A stretch of DNA of 56,076 nt from a virus (lineage: Duplodnaviria > Caudoviricetes), in IMG/VR virus record IMGVR_UViG_3300024240_000004, positions 1 to 56,076 of that record. One strand, written 5' to 3'. Both the position numbers and the translations under genes were made by a program. The stretch's first letter is position 1. Each line of letters starts with the position of its first letter. The notes under the pieces are model-generated. The model worked only from the letters and a program-made list of their open reading frames with translations, searched no databases and had not been told where the DNA came from. Of the stretch, positions 15,621 to 23,400 are shown piece after piece.

Positions 15621-15628
15621 TTTAACTC

Positions 15629-15955
15629 CTAAGATTTTAAAATCTTATTAAATATATCAATAATTGCTTGTTTTTCTTTTTTCGTTTGTTCTATCTTTTT
15701 ATCTATTTTTTCTAATTCTATTTTTAATAGATAATTTGCGACGTCTTTTAAGTCAGAATCTTTTACAATAAATACAAAATATGGAACGAAATGTTTATTG
15801 TTTATAACCTCATAACCAATTTTTGAAAAAAAATTGTCCGATTTAATATTCCAATCTATAATTAATTTGATAGATTGTTTTTTATTTTTAGAAAAAAAAG
15901 AAAAAGATTCAAGCATTTCTTTATTTTCTTTTAAAAACTCTACTAATTTGTTCAT
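15629..15955 (-). CDS. hypothetical protein
   Basis: Start reassigned to MNKLVEF after SD AAGGA. Confidence 0.55.
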   Translation of the reverse strand: MNKLVEFLKENKEMLESFSFFSKNKKQSIKLIIDWNIKSDNFFSKIGYEVINNKHFVPYFVFIVKDSDLKDVANYLLKIELEKIDKKIEQTKKEKQAIIDIFNKILKS

Positions 15956-16176
15956 TATTTTGGTTCCTTTATTTTTTTTACTTTTAAACAATCGATACAA
16001 CGGATAAATTCTATCCGACTATTTTCGGTAATCCATTTTAATTCTTTGTCAAATAAGAGGCATTTGTCTTTTATTGTACTACAAAAATAACAATTTTCAA
16101 ATTCGTCTCCACAACGCTTTCTATTATAAGTTATTTCTCCCGTTTGTTTTAAATAAAATTCTATTTTTCGTTTCAT
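15955..16176 (-). CDS. small Cys-rich protein
   Basis: C..CYFC..C...RCIDC. Confidence 0.55.
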   Translation of the reverse strand: MKRKIEFYLKQTGEITYNRKRCGDEFENCYFCSTIKDKCLLFDKELKWITENSRIEFIRCIDCLKVKKIKEPK

Positions 16177-16409
16177 TACTTTTTCCTTTTTTTAGTCAAT
16201 AATTTAGTAACTGCCGATTCGTAATAAATAATATTACTTTTAATCCAAATATAATCAATGCCTTCAATTAATAAAGGTGGATAAGTGTAAACGACGTAAT
16301 AGTCGTTTTTTAAAACTTTTTTCTGTGACCAAACTTTACCATAATTCGCTATCGACTGTCGGCTGAGCCCTACTTTTTTTGATAGTTCTTTTTGTGTGTA
16401 TGTTGACAT
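16176..16409 (-). CDS. HTH DNA-binding protein (Cro/Xis-like)
   Basis: YTQKELSKKVGLSRQSIANY. Confidence 0.7.
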   Translation of the reverse strand: MSTYTQKELSKKVGLSRQSIANYGKVWSQKKVLKNDYYVVYTYPPLLIEGIDYIWIKSNIIYYESAVTKLLTKKRKK

Positions 16410-16412
16410 TTA

Positions 16413-16871
16413 TTATTTTTGTAAATAGTTAATAACGTAATTTACGAATCCATTTCCAAATAGATAAGGGCGTCTAAAAAATAAGAAAAATAACTTAGTC
16501 ATTGAGGCATTATTTAAAAGATTTATAGCAGTTTCAGCTTTTGTATCGAAATGTTCTAATCTTTCTAATTTTTCTTTTAAATTTGTTATTTGTTTTTCAT
16601 AATCGTCTATTACTTTTGAAGTTGAATTTTTCATTACTTCGATTTTTGCAATATAATAATAAGCGGTTGCTTCTCTGATATTAGAAAATTCTGATGATTT
16701 TCTTTCTAAATATTCAATGCTATTTTTTAGTTCGTTTCTTTCTTTGATAATATTATCTATATTTTCAATATCATCGGCTGATAAAAGTTTCGTAGCTCTT
16801 GAATCTTTTTCTATCTTAATTAATTCGTGGTATCTATCTAAAGATAGTTGGACGTGTTCTGATGTTTCCAT
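16413..16871 (-). CDS. coiled-coil protein, paralog of 2142-2582
   Basis: VQLSLDRYHELIKIEKD...DIENIDNIIKERNE. Confidence 0.6.
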   Translation of the reverse strand: METSEHVQLSLDRYHELIKIEKDSRATKLLSADDIENIDNIIKERNELKNSIEYLERKSSEFSNIREATAYYYIAKIEVMKNSTSKVIDDYEKQITNLKEKLERLEHFDTKAETAINLLNNASMTKLFFLFFRRPYLFGNGFVNYVINYLQK

Positions 16872-17116
16872 TATTTTGATTCCTCTATTAATTTAACAAA
16901 TTCGTCACGGTATGCTAAGGCTTCTTCTTTGGTATCAAAAGATTCCGACATATAAAAGTCATCAATTGTACTGACCTTGACGTCAAAATGATAATATACT
17001 TCACTATCCAAATTATAAGCTTCAGCATGTCTCGCATAAACATCTGAAATCAATATTATAAAATTAGGATTTATAAAAATAAAATTATCCCGACCTATGA
17101 TTTTAAACTTAACCAT
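16871..17116 (-). CDS. hypothetical protein
   Basis: 81-aa ORF, SD AGGAG. Confidence 0.6.
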   Translation of the reverse strand: MVKFKIIGRDNFIFINPNFIILISDVYARHAEAYNLDSEVYYHFDVKVSTIDDFYMSESFDTKEEALAYRDEFVKLIEESK

Positions 17117-17150
17117 TACTAAACTCCTAAAATGTTGTAATTAATAATTA

Positions 17151-17182
17151 CAAATATAAGTAAAAATTTAATACAATGCAAA
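17151..17182 (-). promoter_or_regulatory. Bacteroidota-type promoter
   Basis: TTTG-N20-TATATTTG. Confidence 0.75.
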
Positions 17183-17230
17183 TAAATAATTAAAATAATT
17201 GATATTTTTTTCAATTATTTTTAAATTTTA

Positions 17231-17262
17231 TTTGCTATTTAATATTTTATTGATTATTTTTG
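17231..17262 (+). promoter_or_regulatory. Bacteroidota-type promoter (drives putative sRNA)
   Basis: TTTG-N20-TATTTTTG. Confidence 0.7.
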
Positions 17263-17264
17263 TG

Positions 17265-17326
17265 GCGCGTGTAAATATAAGAGCAGTTATATGCCGTAGA
17301 GAATGGGCTTTTCTATGGCATTTTTT
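17265..17326 (+). ncRNA. putative ~60-nt small RNA
   Basis: Promoter followed within 30 nt by hairpin ATGCCGTAGAGAA/TTTTCTATGGCAT plus T-run (G-U pairs work only on +); no plausible ORF. Confidence 0.55.
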
Positions 17327-17351
17327 ATCTAAGCGTGTTAATTAGATATGT

Positions 17352-17636
17352 TTATTCATCATAATTTACCAATTCTTTTCTTATAACTTCCTTATTCTTT
17401 TCTATTATATTCTTACATTGCTTATAAAAAGCATAATTACCATAATTACTTTCAATCGTTTTCAATGCGTGAGAAACGTTTTGACGTTTCATTTGAAAAC
17501 AGTTGCAAATTTCGTCTGTAAGAAATTTCGTATCAGTGTCATAAGTTAAGAATTGCATTAGCGTTCCACGTGCTATAACGTTTTCGGGCTTTTGTTTTTT
17601 TTCGCGTGCTATTTCTAACAACCGCTTTACGTCCAT
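17352..17636 (-). CDS. DnaA-C-like HTH regulator
   Basis: VIARGTLMQFL...TDEICNCFQMKRQNVSHAL helix-turn-helix; start MDVKR after AAAGG; -7 box TAGTTTTG at 17682-17675. Confidence 0.55.
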   Translation of the reverse strand: MDVKRLLEIAREKKQKPENVIARGTLMQFLTYDTDTKFLTDEICNCFQMKRQNVSHALKTIESNYGNYAFYKQCKNIIEKNKEVIRKELVNYDE

Positions 17637-17752
17637 ATTTGAACCTTTATAATAATTACATAAACAACACAGCACAAAACTACAAAATTAAATTGAATAA
17701 AAAAAACTTTTTATATCTTTTTTATTAAAATAAATAAAAAAGTGCTGTGTTT

Positions 17753-17935
17753 TTAATTAGTTTCTTTTAATTCAGAAACTGTAATATATTTACTTTCTAA
17801 ATAGATAGATAAATTTTTAATTAATTCGCAAAAATCGTTACAAAATATATCTACAGAATTGGTAGATTCATTTGGCGAAGTATCTATAATTCGAGTTAAT
17901 AAATATCCGGCTTCTTTTTTTTCAATTGTTATCAT
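17753..17935 (-). CDS. hypothetical protein
   Basis: 60-aa ORF, SD AAGGA. Confidence 0.55.
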   Translation of the reverse strand: MITIEKKEAGYLLTRIIDTSPNESTNSVDIFCNDFCELIKNLSIYLESKYITVSELKETN

Positions 17936-17945
17936 AAATATCCTT

Positions 17946-17982
17946 AAAAAGAAAGCCCTTTAATCGTTAAATTAAAGGGCTT
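17946..17982 (-). terminator. intrinsic terminator after CCC cassette
   Basis: AAGCCCTTTAAT/ATTAAAGGGCTT plus TCTTTTT. Confidence 0.8.
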
Positions 17983-17989
17983 ATTAAAG

Positions 17990-18298
17990 TTAAATAGAAC
18001 TTGCTAACGCCGTTTCCATAACAGCTATCGAACTTGTTCCGCCAACGGCGACGCCTATAAACGCCGCTATTGTATCCACTTTCAAAACTCCACCCTTACC
18101 GTCGTTTGCCGCAGTTCCTGCCGCTAATGCAAAATCATAATTTGTTATTGACGGCGCCGCTATTGTGCTTGTTCCCGGCGTTCCCTTTTTTAGGTAAATT
18201 GGGAATGTCCCCACATTCTGCAAGTATAGCGATTGTCTCGCGTTGTTCGATGATATTATCATCGTCGGAGTGATCGCGATTGATATAGGAGTAATCAT
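17990..18298 (-). CDS. small beta-rich protein
   Basis: SD GGAGG before ATG 18298; ARQSLYLQNVGTFPIYL beta-sandwich-like pattern. Confidence 0.7.
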   Translation of the reverse strand: MITPISIAITPTMIISSNNARQSLYLQNVGTFPIYLKKGTPGTSTIAAPSITNYDFALAAGTAANDGKGGVLKVDTIAAFIGVAVGGTSSIAVMETALASSI

Positions 18299-18307
18299 AA
18301 GCACCTC

Positions 18308-19147
18308 CTATACTACTGCTGATGTGGACGTTGTAAAAAGGGGGCGTAAATGTTGCAAAATAGTACTTGTTTGTAAAGCATTATTAGCAATTAATTGATT
18401 CGTTTGATTCAAATCGCTAATAGAGTTTTTAGCGTCGTTCAATTGAGCTGTCAAATCGGCAATACGATTAGAAGTAATCAAATCTGTAATTGACTGTGTA
18501 GACGCATTAATTGCTTGTTTGATTTCGCAACAACAATTTGCTTGCTGAGCATTTTGAGCTTGCAAAGTCGCCTGAATAGCATTAAACGAATTTGCATTAT
18601 CGCGTGAATTTTCGTTAAATGATTGTAAAGTCGTTGTATTCAATTGGTTAAACGAGTTCAATTGCTGTAAAGCGGCGTTGTAATTTTGAGCTGTAATAGT
18701 GCTTACGGCTCCATTTAAAGAACTCAAAGTTTGGAAATTATTTGACGCTTGACCTTGTAAAAGCTGACCTGTGCCCGTTAAATAAAGATTAGCATTATCT
18801 TTAATACCACCAAGAATACTAAGCAAACCACCATTCATAGTAGTTTCAATGCTTTCTAATTCATTTGAAAGACCTTGAGTAGTAATTTGTGAACTAAGAC
18901 CGGTCACTTGATTTTGAATTGCCGTCAATGCTGGGCTCAAAGTAATATCAGTTGCAACGGCTGAACGCGCCGCGCCACCGTCCATACCATAACCACCACG
19001 TCCACCTATACCGCCGAAGAGACCTCCGCCAAGTAAAGCCCCGATTAATATTCCGCCAATTCCTGAACCACCTAAAAAACCATCGCTATTATTACTGCCG
19101 CCAGTTATAAGCGTTGGTACTGCCGATGTTGCCATACCGCTATACAT
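18308..19147 (-). CDS. Gly-rich membrane-segment / Asn-Gln coiled-coil protein with CCC motif
   Basis: GGILIGALLGGGLFGG, long N/Q/S/T heptad region, QANCCCEIK; start after SD GAGG. Confidence 0.8.
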   Translation of the reverse strand: MYSGMATSAVPTLITGGSNNSDGFLGGSGIGGILIGALLGGGLFGGIGGRGGYGMDGGAARSAVATDITLSPALTAIQNQVTGLSSQITTQGLSNELESIETTMNGGLLSILGGIKDNANLYLTGTGQLLQGQASNNFQTLSSLNGAVSTITAQNYNAALQQLNSFNQLNTTTLQSFNENSRDNANSFNAIQATLQAQNAQQANCCCEIKQAINASTQSITDLITSNRIADLTAQLNDAKNSISDLNQTNQLIANNALQTSTILQHLRPLFTTSTSAVV

Positions 19148-19250
19148 AAAAGCCTCAATTATTTTTTCATTTTGCAAAATTGCAAATGCAAATTAAGGGT
19201 ATTATTAAGGCTTTTATTTGTAAGATATTTACAACAAATTTGACAATCTT

Positions 19251-19712
19251 TTAAGAATTATTGGATAATAATTCTATAGCCATTTGCAGAGAAGCCATAT
19301 TATTTTTTATATTTTCAAATTCTTTTGATTTTAAACGATATTCATTTGTCAAGTCAATTTGATTTAAAGGACGTCCAATACTTCTTTGCCAATTCATAAG
19401 ATTACTTTCTCGCAAAGTTATATCCTCAACCGATAAATCAGAGGCATTAGGTACGCCAATTTTTTTACCTAAAAAATGTAAATCATATAACAATGACTTT
19501 TGGATATTAGGCATTTGCTCAATGGCTCCGTTCAAAACTTGCAAAGGAAAAGTAAAAGTATCATTTTTGGCTTTTTTTATTTCCGGAATATCTGGAATTG
19601 TAATTAAAGATTCGTCAATTGCCGGTGGCGTATTTGCACTGCTCATAGCGTTCACGCCTAAACTACTCGTTACCGGTTGTGCCGGTTGCATTACATTTAT
19701 TCCTGTGTTCAT
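19251..19712 (-). CDS. hypothetical protein, Pro/Gln-rich N-terminus
   Basis: MNTGINVMQPAQPV...; C-terminal coiled coil. Confidence 0.6.
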   Translation of the reverse strand: MNTGINVMQPAQPVTSSLGVNAMSSANTPPAIDESLITIPDIPEIKKAKNDTFTFPLQVLNGAIEQMPNIQKSLLYDLHFLGKKIGVPNASDLSVEDITLRESNLMNWQRSIGRPLNQIDLTNEYRLKSKEFENIKNNMASLQMAIELLSNNS

Positions 19713-19752
19713 TCGTATTTTATACAAATTAATGAATAATCTTTAAAACTTA

Positions 19753-20259
19753 TTAAACCATTACTTCGGGCGTTTTCATTAAAAAATCGTGTTCGCTTTG
19801 GAGTTCGGCAATTTTTAAAGCCGACTTAGCTTTTTCGTCATCTATTAATTTAAGAATACCATCGGGAGTTTTTCTTAAAGCGACTTTCTTTTTACGCGCT
19901 AAATGTTTTGCCAACTGTCTCTCTTTTTTAGTTTTAATAAATTTCATAAGCTCTGTAAAAATCAAAGGAGCTACGTCCCACCCGCCAATTTCGCAACGAT
20001 CAGGATTACAAATTGCGTCCGTAAAGTTTTCTTTACTTAGCCACATTTTTACGCCGGCGGCTTCTAAATACATAAAATCGTCATGGTCAATCTGACCGGC
20101 TATTTGTTGAAATTCCATATCTGAAAGTGCATAGACTTGACAATCCTTATCGTACATTTCGTAAGTATGTTCTTCATCTGATGCGCTTTTAATAGCTACG
20201 ATATGGTCTTCGTCAATAATGCCTTGTTCCGTGTCTGATTCCCAAATTACTTTGCTCAT
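19753..20259 (-). CDS. hypothetical protein (acidic N-half, basic coiled C-half)
   Basis: Start MSKVIWE after AAAGGA. Confidence 0.65.
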   Translation of the reverse strand: MSKVIWESDTEQGIIDEDHIVAIKSASDEEHTYEMYDKDCQVYALSDMEFQQIAGQIDHDDFMYLEAAGVKMWLSKENFTDAICNPDRCEIGGWDVAPLIFTELMKFIKTKKERQLAKHLARKKKVALRKTPDGILKLIDDEKAKSALKIAELQSEHDFLMKTPEVMV

Positions 20260-20368
20260 TTTAAAATTTCCTTTTATAAAAAAAATCGAATGCAATTTAT
20301 TCAATTTTTAATTATAGTTTTTTGAAAGAAATTTTCAATTTATTTTCAAATTATTGGAAAATTAATAT

Positions 20369-20400
20369 AAAAAAAGGATACTCTAAAATAGAATATCCTT
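20369..20400 (-). terminator. terminator after tape measure gene
   Basis: AAGGATATTCTA/TAGAGTATCCTT plus T-run. Confidence 0.75.
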
Positions 20401-20420
20401 AAAATAGTTCGAACTATTTT

Positions 20421-23400
20421 TTATCGCGCTCTTAAATTTGTCTCATATTGATTCGCTTGTATTCCATATCTAAATTTTCCCATTGAAACATCGGCATAGG
20501 AATTTATAGAACGTACGGCATTTTCAACATTTTGAAGTTGTGTGAGCATTGCCGCATTAGCTCCGCCGGCTCCCATAGCTACTATTGTTTTTAATTGGGC
20601 GTCATCAAAAATCCATTCAGTTTTAGAACCGCCTGTGCCGTTGTCGCCAACTAATGCGAGTTGCGCCTCCGTGACTTTACCGCCTGTATTGAAAGCTAAT
20701 AAATTAGAAAGTAAAGGATCGACAATAGCTTTAACTCCACCGTCAATAATTCCATAAATTAAAGGCATTGCTAAAAATCCAATAGGCGACGCCGTAATCG
20801 CGGCAATACTTTTTTCAGATAAAAATAATTGTAAAATAAAACCATCTAAATATTTTTCTAAAATTCCAACTAAGGCGCTTAAATAAGTACGCGCGCCGTC
20901 TTTCATTTCTTTTGTGTCACCAGTAAACATACCTGCAAAAATATCCGTTGCGGCTCCTTCAAACTTTGCTTTCATTGCTTGTATTTCGATGCCGTGCGTA
21001 TCGATTGTTTTTTGCGCTGTCGTAAAAGTTGCGGCTGTAGTTTCTAATGCTTTTTTATCATCTGGCGAAAAATTATAAGGTCTTTCTGCGGCGTCCAATG
21101 CGGCGCGTGCGGCTGTAGCGGCGTCTATGCTTGCTTGCGAACCGTCAATTATTACTTGAGCGTTCGCGTCTTGATAAGATTTTTCAAGTGCTAAAAGTTG
21201 ATCCATACTCGCTTTTGGAACTGTACTATCATATTTTTTAGCCAATAAATCTAATTCTAATTTTGCACTTGTTTCTTGAATAGTGGCTAATGATAAAGCC
21301 TTTTCTCTTTCAACTTCAATAGCATTTCCGGCGGCAATTTCGTCTAATGCTTTAATACGATTTGCTGATCGTTCGGCTTCGTCTTCTCTTTTTTTATCGT
21401 AATCTTGCTGAATTTTTAATTTTTGCGCCTGATAATCCGCCTCCTCTGGCGTTAATTCAGTATATTTACCAAATTGTTTATCTAATGAATCAATTGCCGC
21501 TTGTTCTTGTGCGTCATAACTCGCGGTGACTGCTTTTGTAGTGGCGTCTAATCTATCTTTTAATCCCTCTAAAAAAGCGGTATTAAAATCAGCAGAAAGT
21601 TGCGTTTCTAATTCATATCTTTGTGTCGTAATATCGATTTCTTTTTGAGAATCGGCTTGTAAAACTGTTAATTGCGCTTTATATTGTTTGTCTTTGGCGT
21701 CAATTATTGTTTTTAAACTATTAAAACTTTCTGTTTGCAACTCTTCATTATTCTTTTTTTCTGCGCTATTTATTATTGTATATTTTTGCGTAATTAAATT
21801 GGCGTCGATATTATTTAAAATACTTTCGCCAACAATATCATAAGTTTTTAAAGAATTATTCGCCGTATCTAATTGTGCTTGTAATTGTAATCTTTGTTGG
21901 TCGGTTAAAGATTTAATGGTTAGTTGTTCTTCAATTGCAATTTTATTTTGTTTCAATGCTAAAAGTTTGTCCCAACTTTGCTCCGTTGCATTCGCTTGTT
22001 CTAAATAAGCGTTCTTAATATCATTAATTGGTTGTACGGCTCCAACTACTCCTAATGCTGATATTTCTGCATTAGCTTTTTCTTGACTTGCTTTCAATTT
22101 TGCATTAGACGCGTCAAGTTTCTTTTGAATTTCGTCGCCAAGTCCTTGATAATAATCGACAATTTTAGAATAATCATCGTTCGGACGTATGCCTACGGAA
22201 ATTTCCCATTCTATTTTAGTCTTTTCAAGTTCTTGTAATTTCTTTTCAGTTTCTTTATCGTCTATTCCAACTTTAATCATCATTTCCGCTAATTTACTTT
22301 TAGCGTCCATCTCTTTTGTCATTAATTCATTTAAAGTTTTTTCAGAATCGGCTTTTTCTTTTGCCGCTGTATCTGACCTTTCTTTTGCAGTCAATTTTTG
22401 ACTTAATGCCGCGCCCGCTTTTACCGCGACATCTTCTTTAAATGCTTTATATTCTTTTTGAGCAACGTCATTTTTTTCTAATTCTATCAAATATTCATCA
22501 TAAGCAGAAAGGGCGCGTCCCTCTTCTAATGCTTTTGATTTTAAAGCGAGTTCCGTTTGAGAAATTTGTAATTCGTATTTAGATTTATCGACTTCAAAAG
22601 CTTTTTTAGCTAATTCATAAGCGTCATCGCCAGCTTTTTTATTTTCTTTTTCATATCCAATTTTATCTTTTGCTATTTTTACAGCCTTATCATCTAATTT
22701 ACTTTGAGCTACAGATTCTTTTCCAAGAGCTATTGTATTATTTAAAGTTTTTTGCTCTTCTGGAGATAATTGCTGATGTTTTAAAAGTTTCAATTCTAAA
22801 CTGGCAATTACGTCTAATTCGGCTTTTAATTCTTCGTCTATCTTTTTTTTATGGTCTTCAAATTCTTTACCCTGTAATTGTAAGGTTTTAAGTTTAGTAT
22901 CTTCAGATGCTAATGATTTTTTTTCTTCAGCTATCATAGCCTGAATTTCTGGCACGGTTTTATGATAGCGCAAAGCTAAGTCAGCGACTAATGTGGCTTC
23001 GTCTGCACTATCTTTTAATCCCGTCGTAATTTCATTTGCAAGTGCATTTTGTGCGTCTGCATTCGCTTTCTTTTTTGCGTCCGCCGTAGCTTTTGCTTGA
23101 TTAATAATATTTTGTTTATCTTTTGCTGACAGAGTGCCGTCGCCATTAATTTTAGCGGCAAAAGCATAGTAAGCCTTATCTATTTCTTGACTATTTGTAG
23201 CGGCATTCAAAGCGCTTGAATAATTATTTACTAAGTCATCAGTAATACCAGATATTTTTTTGCCTAATGATACGCCAAAAACTTCAAAATAACCGCCAAT
23301 GTTTTTCCAGAAACCGCCTAATCCATCGTAAATATCTTTTGACATTTGCTCAGCGGATGCTTCGACTGCTAATTTATCAATTTGTAAACCTATTTCAACT

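Noticed and set aside
20401-20420. Perfect palindrome aaaatagttcgaactatttt as a recombination site
   Set aside because: Sits between TMP stop and terminator; single copy and no recombinase, so more likely part of the 3' end structure
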